From the NCBI GenBank assembly GCA_963805855.1, contig CAWDVW010000007.1, forward strand, positions 416,001 through 480,000: a stretch of 64,000 nt of DNA. The letters are read 5' to 3'. The number at the start of each line of letters is the position of its first letter. Position 1 is the stretch's first letter. Positions 49,791-61,358 of this stretch are shown here, piece by piece. This stretch comes from Candidatus Dadabacteria bacterium (GTDB lineage: Bacteria > Desulfobacterota_D > UBA1144 > Nemesobacterales > CSP1-2). A program made the position numbers and the translations under genes. The notes beneath the pieces were generated by a model. The model had not been told where the DNA came from, made no database searches, and was given only the letters and a program-made list of their open reading frames with translations.

Positions 49791-49927
49791 ATTTTATATG
49801 ATATTTCCACATTATCAACTAAAAAATACCATTTGGCAATAATTACCACTCCCTGTCCATATTTCCTGTTACAATTTATGATTTGAGCTAGAATGTACCT
49901 GATGTAATTTTTTAACTAACGAGGAGA

Positions 49928-50278
49928 GTGAGAATGGATAATTGTATATTTTGTAATATAGTAAAAAAGGAAGCCGAATGCGACATAGTGTACGAAGATG
50001 ACGGCTCTATAGCGTTTACTGATATAAATAAGCAAGCGCCGGTCCACGTACTGGTAATTCCGAGGAAGCATATACGCTCATTAGCCGAGATTAAAGATGC
50101 TGACCTGCCTATTATCGGACATCTATTCGATGTTGCAAATAAGGTGGCACAACAACAGGACGTGAGTAAAAAGGGATACAGACTGGTTATAAATTGTGGC
50201 ATCGAGAGCGGACAGTCAGTATGGCATCTTCATATACATGTCTTAGGAGGGCGGAGAATGACATGGCCGCCCGGTTGA
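49928..50278 (+). CDS. Histidine triad nucleotide-binding protein (HinT)
   Basis: CIFC, GQSVWHLHIHVLGGR and WPPG motifs. Confidence 0.95.
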   Translation: MRMDNCIFCNIVKKEAECDIVYEDDGSIAFTDINKQAPVHVLVIPRKHIRSLAEIKDADLPIIGHLFDVANKVAQQQDVSKKGYRLVINCGIESGQSVWHLHIHVLGGRRMTWPPG

Positions 50279-50320
50279 TAAATCGATGGCCCAGAATCGA
50301 TAAAAGCCGGATACTGAGAA

Positions 50321-51607
50321 ATGCGTAACGCAGTTAACTACCTCAACTCTCTTGGCGTACACAGGATAAATCTAAGTCTTGATAGGATTTCGAAAATCCT
50401 CGAAGCCTTTGATAATCCTCATGATAAATTAACCTGTATCATAATTGCCGGAACAAATGGCAAAGGTTCCGTAGCAGCTATCACAGCATCCATACTAAGT
50501 GCTGCCGGCTTCAAGGTTGGTCTCTACACATCACCCCATCTGGTTGACATTTCAGAGAGAATAACAGTAAATGACGAAGAGATATCCCTTAGCGATCTAA
50601 GTAGATTGGTCATGAAGATTAAAGAAAAAGCTTCAAAGATCTTAACCGAGCAACCGACTTATTTTGAGGTATTAACGGCTGTTGCGTTTGAATATTTTCA
50701 TGAAAAACAGGTGGATTACGCAGTGCTTGAGGTAGGCATGGGCGGGAGATTTGACGCCACAAACGTAGCAAAACCAATCGTTTCTGTCATAACGAACATT
50801 CATTTGGATCATACTGAGTATCTCGGAAACAATATCGACAAGATCGCCCACGAAAAGGCGGGAGTGATTAAATATGGAGTGCCGGTTGTCACTGGAGCAG
50901 ATGGATCGGCGCTGAATGTCATAAGTACTGTAGCAGAGAAAAAATCTTCCAGCGTTTTGTGTATGGGGAGGGAATTTTTCTCGAAATCAGAAAACTCAGC
51001 TTACTTTGACTATATAGGTCATTCATTCAATCTAATAAACCTCCAACTTAGCCTTCCGGGCTTATATCAGATTAATAATGCGACATTGGCAATTGCCGCA
51101 ATAGAGACCCTTTATGAACGTTACGGACTGAACATAGATGAGAAAAGTTTAAGGACAGGACTTTCAACCGCTACTTGGGAAGGCAGGATGGAGACAATGA
51201 GATTAAATCCCCCTTTGATCCTAGACGGCGCACATAATCCTTCTGCTGCATATGCACTAAGAAGCTCCCTTACGCATGCCTATCCTGAGAAGAAATTTCT
51301 ATTCTTAATAGGAATGCTCGCCGACAAGGATCACGAAAATTATGTAAAACAATTATCACCCATCACAGAAGGTATGATAATCACGGAGATTCCATCAGAG
51401 AGACATATGCCTCCAGAAGATCTTGCAAATATTGCAGGGAGTTATGTTGACAGCATAAGAGTGATAAAAGATTACGAAGCGGCTTTCATCGAGCTTGCAA
51501 AACATAATTCGATCCCAGCCTGCATCACGGGCTCCCTATATCTAATCGGCGCCATAAAGAAATCAATCATGGGAAATCCTAAGAGATTAGAAAAGAATGA
51601 AAGTTAG
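50321..51607 (+). CDS. folC: Folylpolyglutamate synthase/dihydrofolate synthase
   Basis: AGTNGKGS, YTSPHL, EVGMGGRFDATN, DGAHNP and TGSLYL motifs. Confidence 0.96.
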   Translation: MRNAVNYLNSLGVHRINLSLDRISKILEAFDNPHDKLTCIIIAGTNGKGSVAAITASILSAAGFKVGLYTSPHLVDISERITVNDEEISLSDLSRLVMKIKEKASKILTEQPTYFEVLTAVAFEYFHEKQVDYAVLEVGMGGRFDATNVAKPIVSVITNIHLDHTEYLGNNIDKIAHEKAGVIKYGVPVVTGADGSALNVISTVAEKKSSSVLCMGREFFSKSENSAYFDYIGHSFNLINLQLSLPGLYQINNATLAIAAIETLYERYGLNIDEKSLRTGLSTATWEGRMETMRLNPPLILDGAHNPSAAYALRSSLTHAYPEKKFLFLIGMLADKDHENYVKQLSPITEGMIITEIPSERHMPPEDLANIAGSYVDSIRVIKDYEAAFIELAKHNSIPACITGSLYLIGAIKKSIMGNPKRLEKNES

Positions 51608-51675
51608 TATAAAATAAGAAGAACTGCATCGTATCCAAATCTTGTTATCGTCTCTTCACCGATAGGAGGTCGTAG

Positions 51676-52710
51676 ATTAAAAAGCTAGGGATATTTCTCG
51701 ATAATCTCTATTTTCAACACGACACTGGCATGGGTCACCCGGAGTCCCAGGACCGTCTCTTGGCCATCTGGGACATGCTGCAGGAAACTAAGCTAACTGA
51801 AGAGCTGGAAGTATTGGAGCCCAGGGATGCGACCAAGGAAGAGATATGTCTGGTTCACGATCCAAAATACTTTGATATAATAAAATCTACAAGTGGGAAA
51901 CCCAGGGTATATCTGGACACCGACACATCTACCTGCCCGGTATCATTCGCTGCGGCAGTTCGCGCAGCGGGAGGTATGTTATCTGCTGTTGATACCATAC
52001 TCGCCAAGGAAATTGATATAGCGTTTCCGCTGGTGCGTCCACCGGGACATCATGCTGAAAAAAATATGGCAATGGGATTCTGTCTCTTCAACAACGTTGC
52101 AATAGGCGGATCCTATATTATCAGATCACGTAATTTTAAAAGAGTCTTAATCGTAGACTGGGATCTCCACCACGGAAATGGCACTCAGAATATGTTTTAT
52201 GGGTCTCGAGACGTTCTCTACTTCTCGACCCATCAGTATCCACATTATCCAGGTACCGGTTCCGTCAAAGAAGTCGGCATCGGCGATGGCGAAGGCTACA
52301 ACATCAATGTACCACTTCCTGGAGGCATGGGGGATACGGAATATATGAAAATCTTCTTTGAAATTCTCAGACCCGTTATAGAGCAATTTCGCCCTGAGTT
52401 TATCCTGGTCTCAGCGGGTTTCGATACCTATTTTGAAGATCCGCTAGGCGGTATGAATATAACACCAAAAGGATTCGCGCAGATGACAAGGTTTTTAAAG
52501 GAGGCCGCAGAGACGCATAGCGGCGGAAACATTATTTTCATTCTCGAAGGTGGATATAATCTCGAGGGTCTTTGGCTCTCGACAAAGGAGGTCATAGAGG
52601 AATTGATAGAGAAAAAGAAAACGGACTACCCTGCAACGGATCTGAAGACGAGCGTAGATTCAATTATCGCAGATGTAAAGAGTACACACTCGCAGTACTG
52701 GAAATTTTAA
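51676..52710 (+). CDS. Histone deacetylase-family (class II/AcuC-like) amidohydrolase, apparent ATT start
   Basis: HPE, RPPGHHA, GFCLFNN, DWDLHHGNG, SAGFD and LEGGY motifs; the in-frame extension IKKLGIFLDNLYFQHDTG begins at ATT 51676 after AGGAGG. Confidence 0.9.
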   Translation: MKKLGIFLDNLYFQHDTGMGHPESQDRLLAIWDMLQETKLTEELEVLEPRDATKEEICLVHDPKYFDIIKSTSGKPRVYLDTDTSTCPVSFAAAVRAAGGMLSAVDTILAKEIDIAFPLVRPPGHHAEKNMAMGFCLFNNVAIGGSYIIRSRNFKRVLIVDWDLHHGNGTQNMFYGSRDVLYFSTHQYPHYPGTGSVKEVGIGDGEGYNINVPLPGGMGDTEYMKIFFEILRPVIEQFRPEFILVSAGFDTYFEDPLGGMNITPKGFAQMTRFLKEAAETHSGGNIIFILEGGYNLEGLWLSTKEVIEELIEKKKTDYPATDLKTSVDSIIADVKSTHSQYWKF

Positions 52711-53534
52711 ACATTTCTCCGTACCCTTCTTCTATCATCTCCCTTCAGGTGAATAAATTCACACATCTCATGGAGTCTAGATGTTATCCTTTTGCCAACC
52801 CTTAGGTCAAGAATTTCATAGTCCTCGAACATGTGATCCTTGGCATGTTCACTTCTTGAAATAAAGTTAGTTGTTACGAGCGTAGTCTTTGAAGCATTGT
52901 ATCTCTTTGAGATCAACTGATCCAGTATGTTTAATTCCCACTCACTACTCTTACCCTTTCCTAATTCGTCAATTGCCAAGACCTCCGCGTCGATTAGTGG
53001 ATTTAGCACGTCGATCTCCGGTGTCCCAAGTGAGTAAGCCTTTTTCAATTCCGCTAGAAGACCAAAAAAATCCTGAAACATGCACCTTACACCATATTTC
53101 AGGGTAAGCTCAGATATTGTGCCTACCGTTAGATGTGTTTTGCCGAGTCCCGATGCCCCCATTAGCAAAAAACCCCGTTTCGTAGGATATTTCATCACGA
53201 ACTCTTCCTTGGCATACTTCAGAGCCCTCTGCTGTGACTCATTATTCGATGGATCAAAGCCTGCGTCTACTTGAAGCACATGCGAAAACTTTGCCGGTAA
53301 CCCCGCCATGTTGTAAAGTTTTACGTTCCTTCGCACCGTCCCACACATCTCACAAGCTTTGGTATTGATGTAACCAGCCGAAGTCTTAGTAAAAATTAAG
53401 CCAGAGGAATTGCAATCAGTACACCGCAGTACACAATTACACACTCTTGCATTAGCGTACTGACCCTTTTTCCCGACCAGGTACCCATCCCCATGACAAT
53501 TCTCACATTCAATTGCTTTTTTCTTTCTAACCAT
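52707..53534 (-). CDS. DnaC/DnaI/IstB-like AAA+ ATPase with a Cys-rich N-terminus
   Basis: CENCHGDG, CNC, CTDC, CEMC; Walker A GASGLGKT; Walker B LAIDELG; RYN, TTN and SRLHEM. Confidence 0.85.
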   Translation of the reverse strand: MVRKKKAIECENCHGDGYLVGKKGQYANARVCNCVLRCTDCNSSGLIFTKTSAGYINTKACEMCGTVRRNVKLYNMAGLPAKFSHVLQVDAGFDPSNNESQQRALKYAKEEFVMKYPTKRGFLLMGASGLGKTHLTVGTISELTLKYGVRCMFQDFFGLLAELKKAYSLGTPEIDVLNPLIDAEVLAIDELGKGKSSEWELNILDQLISKRYNASKTTLVTTNFISRSEHAKDHMFEDYEILDLRVGKRITSRLHEMCEFIHLKGDDRRRVRRNV

Positions 53535-53540
53535 ATTTAA

Positions 53541-54203
53541 TCAATAATCCATGGCATTGAAGTTTATTAATTGAAACTCTTTAATCAGCAACTCATTTCG
53601 AAATGAGATAAGACTTTCTAATTGGGCGCGTTTGATCATGAATCGCTCTCTCTTGCTTATATTTGCCTCGGCTTCTTGCATGATTTTTCTCCTATCTCCT
53701 TCTGAAATGCTTTGGAAAAAATCTTCAAAAAACTCTTCTTCTATCTCTCTTAAAACTCTAAATATGTCAGATCGATCCTCTTTAAGCAGATCTAAAACTC
53801 TTTTTCTTGATTTTATATAATGCTTTCTCACCAAATCCCTTTTTTCCGATATTATTATGCGATTGAGCTTGTCCAATATTAATGTAACCACATCTTTATT
53901 GCCATAATTGGACTCACTTAGATCACTCTGCTGGCTAGATTTGTATTCCCTAATCAACTCCTCTACATAAGCTGCACATTGAGTTAAACTTCGAAAATTC
54001 CGTTTTCTATCGTGTTCGTCGGTAAAGCCTTTCTCAAACGCCCTTCTAATTCCCATTATGACTATCTCTTTGGGCACAGACCTCGCCCTCCAATTTACTA
54101 TCAGGTCATACTCTTTAGGTGAGAGCATGATGCCCTCCCCTTTCAGCTTCAGGTAGTAACCCTCAATAGCTTTCACAAAGTCATCTAAACTAGTCCTTTT
54201 CAC
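53541..54203 (-). CDS. Hypothetical protein with a DnaD/DnaB-like helical N-terminal motif
   Basis: LSPKEYDLIVNW...VPKEIV..GI.RA....RSL..C resembles DnaD-domain spacing; 6 bp upstream of the DnaC-like gene. Confidence 0.55.
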   Translation of the reverse strand: MKRTSLDDFVKAIEGYYLKLKGEGIMLSPKEYDLIVNWRARSVPKEIVIMGIRRAFEKGFTDEHDRKRNFRSLTQCAAYVEELIREYKSSQQSDLSESNYGNKDVVTLILDKLNRIIISEKRDLVRKHYIKSRKRVLDLLKEDRSDIFRVLREIEEEFFEDFFQSISEGDRRKIMQEAEANISKRERFMIKRAQLESLISFRNELLIKEFQLINFNAMDY

Positions 54204-54296
54204 GGTCTTCTTTTTTCAGCCCCAGAACTCTCATTAATTATAGGCCGGATTTTCAAAATAATATTACCAACTCGCCGGTCCGAAATAAAGACGGTT

Positions 54297-54980
54297 TTAT
54301 GTCCTACCGGACTGAGTGTCTATCTCCCTTCGCATTTCTCGAATGGTCTTGGCGTAACTATTGGTTTTGAAAATGCCCGACCCCGATACAAGCACATCGG
54401 CTCCGGCCTTTGCTAATTCAGCTATATTATCCAGCTTTATTCCACCGTCCACCTCTATCAGGGGCCTGTGACCCAAAGTGTCTATAAGATTTCTCAGGCG
54501 TTTTACCTTAGTAATCATTGATGTTATTAACCTTTGACCTGCAAAACCGGGCTCAACCGTCATTATCAGTATTAGATCTACATAAGGAATTATTTCTTCT
54601 AATGCGGCGAGAGGAGTCAACGGGTTTAGTGCAACACCAGCCATGACACCATGCGATTTAATCTTAGATATCGTACTGTGCAATAATTTACAGGTCTCAT
54701 ATTGTACGGTGATAACCTTTACGAGTGGGTCTCCGGCACGGATGTAAAATTCCACACAATCATCTGGATTATCGATCATCAGGTGGATGTCCATCGGCGG
54801 AGATGGAATCCTCTTAAGCGCCTCAATTACCGGTACGCCAAGGCTAATATTAGGCACAAAGTGACCGTCCATTACATCAACATGAATCCACTCAACGCCA
54901 CAGTCACTGATTGCTTTTACCTCATCCCCTAACCTGGCGAAGTCAGCTGAGAGAATTGAAGGCGCAATTATTTTGTCCAT
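54297..54980 (-). CDS. rpe: Ribulose-phosphate 3-epimerase
   Basis: IAPSILSADF, HVDVMDGHFVPN, M.VEPGF.GQ and EVDGG motifs. Confidence 0.97.
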   Translation of the reverse strand: MDKIIAPSILSADFARLGDEVKAISDCGVEWIHVDVMDGHFVPNISLGVPVIEALKRIPSPPMDIHLMIDNPDDCVEFYIRAGDPLVKVITVQYETCKLLHSTISKIKSHGVMAGVALNPLTPLAALEEIIPYVDLILIMTVEPGFAGQRLITSMITKVKRLRNLIDTLGHRPLIEVDGGIKLDNIAELAKAGADVLVSGSGIFKTNSYAKTIREMRREIDTQSGRT

Positions 54981-55237
54981 ATCCTCCTCTCCGATGCTTC
55001 ACAGAGAAAATATCCTCGAAGCTTTCGATACACATAAAGATCGGCTTAAAGATTAGCCATCAAAGAATGCTTGCTAAATCCACACTTAATCTTAGTAAAT
55101 TTGATAATTAATATACGATTATACCATCGCCACTCAGCATATACGATAAATTATTTTATTTAAATTTATTTTCATAAGTGCTGGCATGGCAATGAGTTAA
55201 ATTGACTCAATAGAAGAATAATAAATCCGAAAATTGC

Positions 55238-55265
55238 TTGACTTAATTAGTTAAAGGATTATATT
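55238..55265 (+). promoter_or_regulatory. Putative sigma70 promoter of metK-ahcY
   Basis: TTGACT-N16-TATATT. Confidence 0.55.
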
Positions 55266-55307
55266 TTTGGCTTTTAAAGGCGGCTTTTTTGCTGGGAGAC
55301 AATACGT

Positions 55308-56468
55308 ATGGCTCAAAAAGATTTCATATTCACCTCTGAATCTGTTACAGAAGGGCATCCTGATAAAATGGCTGATCAGATCTCGGATGCGGTACTCGAC
55401 GCAATCATAGCCCAGGATCCAAACGGCAGAGTGGCATGTGAAACCCTCTTGACCACAGGGTTGGTTGTTGTAGCAGGCGAACGCACAACCACTGCGAATG
55501 TAGACATTTCAGACGTCGTGAGGGAAACAATAAGAAATATAGGGTATATAAATGGCTCAATGGGATTTGATGCTGAGAATTGCGGAATCTTGATGGTAAT
55601 GGGCAAACAGTCTCCAGACATTGCGCTCGGTGTTAATCCCTCGGAGCATAGGGAACAGGGCGCGGGAGACCAGGGACTCATGTTTGGGTATGCTATAGAT
55701 GAGACCCCTGAACTCATGCCAACCCCAATCATGTATTCTCACAAACTCGCAAGACGCCTGAGCGAGGTTAGAAAGAACGGCAGCCTCCCATTTCTGAGAC
55801 CAGACGGAAAGACGCAGGTAACCGTCCGGTACGAAAACAATAAACCAAGATCCATCGAAACAATTGTTGTATCATCTCAACATTCGCCCGACGTATCCAA
55901 CTCGACAATTTATGAAGGCATCGTAGAGAATGTTATAAGACCGGTAATCGCTGAAGACCTGTTATCATCAAAAACTAAGATCTTTATAAACCCAACTGGC
56001 AGGTTTGTGGTAGGAGGTCCGAAAGGGGACGCGGGACTAACCGGAAGAAAAATCATCATAGACACTTACGGTGGATGGGCGAGACACGGGGGCGGTGCGT
56101 TCTCCGGAAAGGATCCTTCAAAGGTTGATAGAAGCGCCAGTTATATGGCTCGTCATATTGCCAAGAATGTTATTGCAGCAGGTCTGGCAATGAAGTGCGA
56201 GGTACAGGTCGCCTATGCAATTGGGATTGCCGAACCCGTTTCAGTCATGGTCGATACATTCAATACAGGGCTTGTCCCTGAAGATAAGATTTCAAGGGGT
56301 ATAAGAGAGATCTTTGACCTGAGGCCCGCTGAAATAATAAAGGCACTTAAACTACTTAGACCCATCTATCAGAAGACAGCTGCATATGGACATTTCGGAA
56401 GAGAAGAACCGGATTTCACCTGGGAGGCAATCGATAAGACAGAATTATTGAGAAAGGCAGTTCAATAA
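55308..56468 (+). CDS. metK: S-adenosylmethionine synthetase
   Basis: [19 protein letters not shown] and GGGAFSGKD motifs. Confidence 0.98.
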   Translation: MAQKDFIFTSESVTEGHPDKMADQISDAVLDAIIAQDPNGRVACETLLTTGLVVVAGERTTTANVDISDVVRETIRNIGYINGSMGFDAENCGILMVMGKQSPDIALGVNPSEHREQGAGDQGLMFGYAIDETPELMPTPIMYSHKLARRLSEVRKNGSLPFLRPDGKTQVTVRYENNKPRSIETIVVSSQHSPDVSNSTIYEGIVENVIRPVIAEDLLSSKTKIFINPTGRFVVGGPKGDAGLTGRKIIIDTYGGWARHGGGAFSGKDPSKVDRSASYMARHIAKNVIAAGLAMKCEVQVAYAIGIAEPVSVMVDTFNTGLVPEDKISRGIREIFDLRPAEIIKALKLLRPIYQKTAAYGHFGREEPDFTWEAIDKTELLRKAVQ

Positions 56469-56507
56469 TTGAGATACCAAAAATTTAAACCAGATTGGTG
56501 ACGTTAA

Positions 56508-57860
<1,353 letters not shown>

Positions 57861-57882
57861 TTTTTAAGATTTAAATCTTAGG

Positions 57883-58770
57883 ATGAATAATCTTGTAGAT
57901 TCATTTCTCTCTTATCAGGCTGCGGTAAAAGGCCTATCAAAAAACACGCTGGAATCATACGGAAGGGACGTCTTAAAATTTATCGATTACCTCGAGAAGA
58001 GAGATATATCCGGGATTGAGGATGTTAAGTACAATAACATTCTAGAATATGTCACTACTCTGCAGGAAGAAGGTATCAATATCAGGTCGGTTGCACGTAA
58101 TCTGGTTTCGCTTAAGCAGTTTTTTAAATTTTTGCTTCTTGAGAAAATCATACTCGAAGATCCCAGCCGTAACATAAAAACACCAAAAATGAAGAGAAGC
58201 ATTCCGGGTTTTCTATCATTAGAAGATGTGGAAAGGCTCCTCTCCTCGCCCAATCCGGAGTCATATGAAGGGATAAGAGACAGAGCTATGCTGGAGACAC
58301 TGTACGCCTGCGGCATCAGGGCGTCAGAACTTGTGAACCTTGAACTCAATAGTGTAAACTTTGAGCTGGGTTACCTGATTGTATATGGTAAGGGTTCAAA
58401 GGAAAGGTTGGTGCCAACGGGTGAGAAGGCCAGAACTGCCTTGAAAGATTACCTGGCTCTATCGAGACCAAATATTCTTAAAACCAGAAGCTCACCTTAC
58501 CTATTTGTTACCAGACGCGGGGAAGGAATGACTCGTCAGGGGTTTTGGAAGAATCTGAAAAACTACGCGATCAAGTGTGGTATAAGTAAGAAGATAAGCC
58601 CTCATACTATAAGGCATTCTTTTGCTACACATTTGCTAGAGAGGGGGGCAGACCTCAGAACAATCCAGATCATGCTCGGACATTCTGATATTTCGACGAC
58701 ACAGATTTATACACATATCGCCAAAGAGAGACTAAAGGAAATACATAGGAAGTATCACCCTAGATCTTGA
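57883..58770 (+). CDS. xerD: Site-specific tyrosine recombinase XerD
   Basis: RDRAMLETLYACG.R, GKGSKER, MTRQGFW, H..RHSFATH, LGH and TTQIY..HPR motifs. Confidence 0.93.
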   Translation: MNNLVDSFLSYQAAVKGLSKNTLESYGRDVLKFIDYLEKRDISGIEDVKYNNILEYVTTLQEEGINIRSVARNLVSLKQFFKFLLLEKIILEDPSRNIKTPKMKRSIPGFLSLEDVERLLSSPNPESYEGIRDRAMLETLYACGIRASELVNLELNSVNFELGYLIVYGKGSKERLVPTGEKARTALKDYLALSRPNILKTRSSPYLFVTRRGEGMTRQGFWKNLKNYAIKCGISKKISPHTIRHSFATHLLERGADLRTIQIMLGHSDISTTQIYTHIAKERLKEIHRKYHPRS

Positions 58771-58819
58771 ATTTGATTTTCTTTTTATCGTTATTCGATA
58801 AAGTAAATAGAGCTTATAC

Positions 58820-59497
58820 ATGGATTTCAACTATAAACTCATAATAATCCAGGCTCCTGTTATTCTATTCGCGCTTACGATCCATGAGTATTGCCATGGC
58901 CTGGTTGCCAATTACTTGGGAGACGATACTGCGCTCAAGCAGGGTCGGCTAACCTTGAATCCGATAGCTCACCTTGATGTAATTGGTACTATTCTCATGT
59001 TTCTGGTTGGTTTTGGGTGGGCGAAGCCTGTCCCCGTAAATCCACTTAATTTTAAAGATCCCAAAAAGGGAATGCTTCTCGTCGCACTAGCCGGTCCCGT
59101 TTCTAATCTGTTGACCGCCATTGTTGCCGGTATATTTCTTAGGAATCTAATTCCCAGTATTATAACCTCCGATCACGGGATATCGGATTTTTATTCAACG
59201 CTTCTCGTGGTGATGGTACTTACCGTCATTTACGGAGTGGGCCTTGCGATATTTAACATATTGCCAATACCCCCGCTTGACGGCTCGCGAGTGCTTTATG
59301 GACTTTTGCCTGAAAGACAGGCATATGCCTACAGTAGGTTTGAGCCTTACGGAGTAATGGTATTATTCGCCCTCTTTTTATTTGGGGGACGTATCTTTTC
59401 GGTCGTTATTTGGTACCCTGTGTCAATAATTACGGAGCTAATTTCAGGAGTGGGATACTTTCAACTTTGGCAAGTAATCCATTATATTACTAGATGA
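58820..59497 (+). CDS. Site-2 protease (M50) family membrane metalloprotease
   Basis: HEYCH, GWAKPVP, AGP.SN and NILPIPPLDG motifs. Confidence 0.93.
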   Translation: MDFNYKLIIIQAPVILFALTIHEYCHGLVANYLGDDTALKQGRLTLNPIAHLDVIGTILMFLVGFGWAKPVPVNPLNFKDPKKGMLLVALAGPVSNLLTAIVAGIFLRNLIPSIITSDHGISDFYSTLLVVMVLTVIYGVGLAIFNILPIPPLDGSRVLYGLLPERQAYAYSRFEPYGVMVLFALFLFGGRIFSVVIWYPVSIITELISGVGYFQLWQVIHYITR

Positions 59498-59539
59498 ACA
59501 TCCGAGAAATCATATAATGTACGAATCACGGAGGCATCA

Positions 59540-60295
59540 TTGACTTCGGACAGTTCTGAGACATGCTTGGTTAAGGTACAGGCTTTCGAGGGTCCCCTGG
59601 ATCTCCTATTACACCTTATCAAAAAACACGAGATCAACATTTATGACATCCCGGTGGCTTTAATCACACAGCAATATCTTGAATACCTGAACATGATGAA
59701 AGAGTTGAATTTAGAGATCGTTGGAGACTATTTGATAATCGCGGCGGAGCTCGGGCATATCAAATCAAAGATGCTGCTGCCAAAGACTGATGACGATGAT
59801 GAAATTGAAGAAGATGATCCCAGAGCCGATCTGGTAAGAAGGCTTATTGAGTACCAGAGATATCAAGAAGCGGCTGAACAGTTGTCCAGGCTTGAAACCC
59901 TGGAGAAGGATGTGTTTACAAGATCACACGAGGACGGCACGGATGATAACGCAAATCAGCTGCTGAAGGTTGATCTCTGGTCTTTAATCGATTCTTTGAG
60001 AGAGGTATTCAAGCGAAGAAATCTAAATATATCGGACGGAATACAATTTGATATTGAAACAGTAACACTGGACGAGAGGATTCGTGAGGTAACCTCTATA
60101 CTTATTTCAAAAAAGGAAATGAAATTTGAGGACCTCTTTAGAATTAATGCGTCAAGATTGGAGCTGATAATTACATTTCTTGCGATTTTAGAGCTTATAA
60201 GAACCCGTACAATAAGTGCATATCAGGGATATCCGTTTGGACCGATAAAATTAGCCTATCAGGGAGAACCCATAAGTTGGAAAAACAATACTTAA
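59540..60295 (+). CDS. scpA: Segregation and condensation protein A
   Basis: FEGPLDLLL.LI, IKSKMLLP, DPR..LV.RL.EY and FLAILEL motifs. Confidence 0.95.
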   Translation: MTSDSSETCLVKVQAFEGPLDLLLHLIKKHEINIYDIPVALITQQYLEYLNMMKELNLEIVGDYLIIAAELGHIKSKMLLPKTDDDDEIEEDDPRADLVRRLIEYQRYQEAAEQLSRLETLEKDVFTRSHEDGTDDNANQLLKVDLWSLIDSLREVFKRRNLNISDGIQFDIETVTLDERIREVTSILISKKEMKFEDLFRINASRLELIITFLAILELIRTRTISAYQGYPFGPIKLAYQGEPISWKNNT

Positions 60296-60837
60296 AAAAG
60301 GTGATTGAGTGCATCATCTTTGTTTCAGAAAAACCTCTTTCAATTCAGAGGCTTCTGAAGGTATTACCTGAAACAAAGAAAAGTGAAATCACTGAGTGTA
60401 TCGAGGAATTGATAAGTGAATGGAATTCCCTCGATAGGGGATTTAGATTACATGAGGTCGCCAACGGTTATCAGTTTAGAACCAATTCGGATTTCAGTGA
60501 TGAAATCATCCGTTTTAAAGCGATTAAGCCATTCCGTCTGAGTCGTGCGGCCCTGGAGGCACTCGCAATAATCGCCTATAATCAGCCCATCACAAGACTT
60601 GAGGTCGACCAGATTAGGGGAGTCGATTCAACAGGTGTCATAGGAGCTCTCTTGGAAAAACGCCTCATCGAAATCAGTGGTAGGAAGGAGGTGATCGGAA
60701 GGCCATTTCTGTATGCAACCACCAGCGAATTTCTCGAGACCTTCGGACTCAAAAGCATGAGGGATCTACCTAGCCTGAAGGAGCTTGAAGAAATAGAGGC
60801 ATCTTTTGAAAAACCACTACAGGGACTCGATGCTTGA
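60277..60837 (+). CDS. scpB: Segregation and condensation protein B
   Basis: LS.AALEALAIIAY.QPITR, IRGV and GRP.LY.TT..FL..FGL motifs. Confidence 0.95.
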   Translation: MEKQYLKKVIECIIFVSEKPLSIQRLLKVLPETKKSEITECIEELISEWNSLDRGFRLHEVANGYQFRTNSDFSDEIIRFKAIKPFRLSRAALEALAIIAYNQPITRLEVDQIRGVDSTGVIGALLEKRLIEISGRKEVIGRPFLYATTSEFLETFGLKSMRDLPSLKELEEIEASFEKPLQGLDA

Positions 60838-61245
60838 CAGGATTTCTAATTCCTTTTCCCTCATTACCTTGGCTTCATTTTTTTTCTTATGGTCATATCC
60901 CAGCAGATGCAATATCCCATGGATCATCAGCTTGTGAATCTCATGTTCAATGCTTAACTTCTGCAGCTTTGAACGTCTGATTGCCGTGTCAATAGAAATA
61001 ATTACGTCTCCAAGTATGGAATCATCGGGTCCGTCCTGGGGAAAGGACAGGACGTCGGTGGTCCGGTTTATGTTTCTATAATCGGCGTTAAGCTGCCGCA
61101 TTTCCTCGTCGTCAACAAAAGCTACGCACAACTCCTTATTTCCTGACACATTGAGTTTTTTAAGTATGAAAAGCGCCTTACTTTTCAGGTTCTTCTTTTG
61201 CTCGCTCCTTAAGTAATTGACCCTGTCTAATATAGATAATGTCAT
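60817..61245 (-). CDS. ybeY: rRNA maturation endoribonuclease YbeY
   Basis: TDVLSFP, LGDVII and HGILHLLGYDH motifs. Confidence 0.95.
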   Translation of the reverse strand: MTLSILDRVNYLRSEQKKNLKSKALFILKKLNVSGNKELCVAFVDDEEMRQLNADYRNINRTTDVLSFPQDGPDDSILGDVIISIDTAIRRSKLQKLSIEHEIHKLMIHGILHLLGYDHKKKNEAKVMREKELEILSSIESL

Positions 61246-61358
61246 ATGGAAAAATTAAATTACCCAATTTCAATTATCTGATCAATTTAACGAGCAATTT
61301 AGCTTTCTTTTGCTAAAGGTTTGTAAATCTAGGTTATAATCATTCTAAACAATCCACC

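Noticed and set aside
52707..53534. IS21 IstB or prophage replication gene
   Set aside because: No IstA transposase, terminal repeats or phage genes nearby.
55112..55307. SAM or SAH riboswitch upstream of metK-ahcY
   Set aside because: The region is AT-rich, the predicted leader is only about 35 nt, and no SAM-I/II or SAH consensus is visible.
57883..58770. Phage or island integrase
   Set aside because: It has typical XerD motifs in the conserved xerD-S2P-scpAB context.
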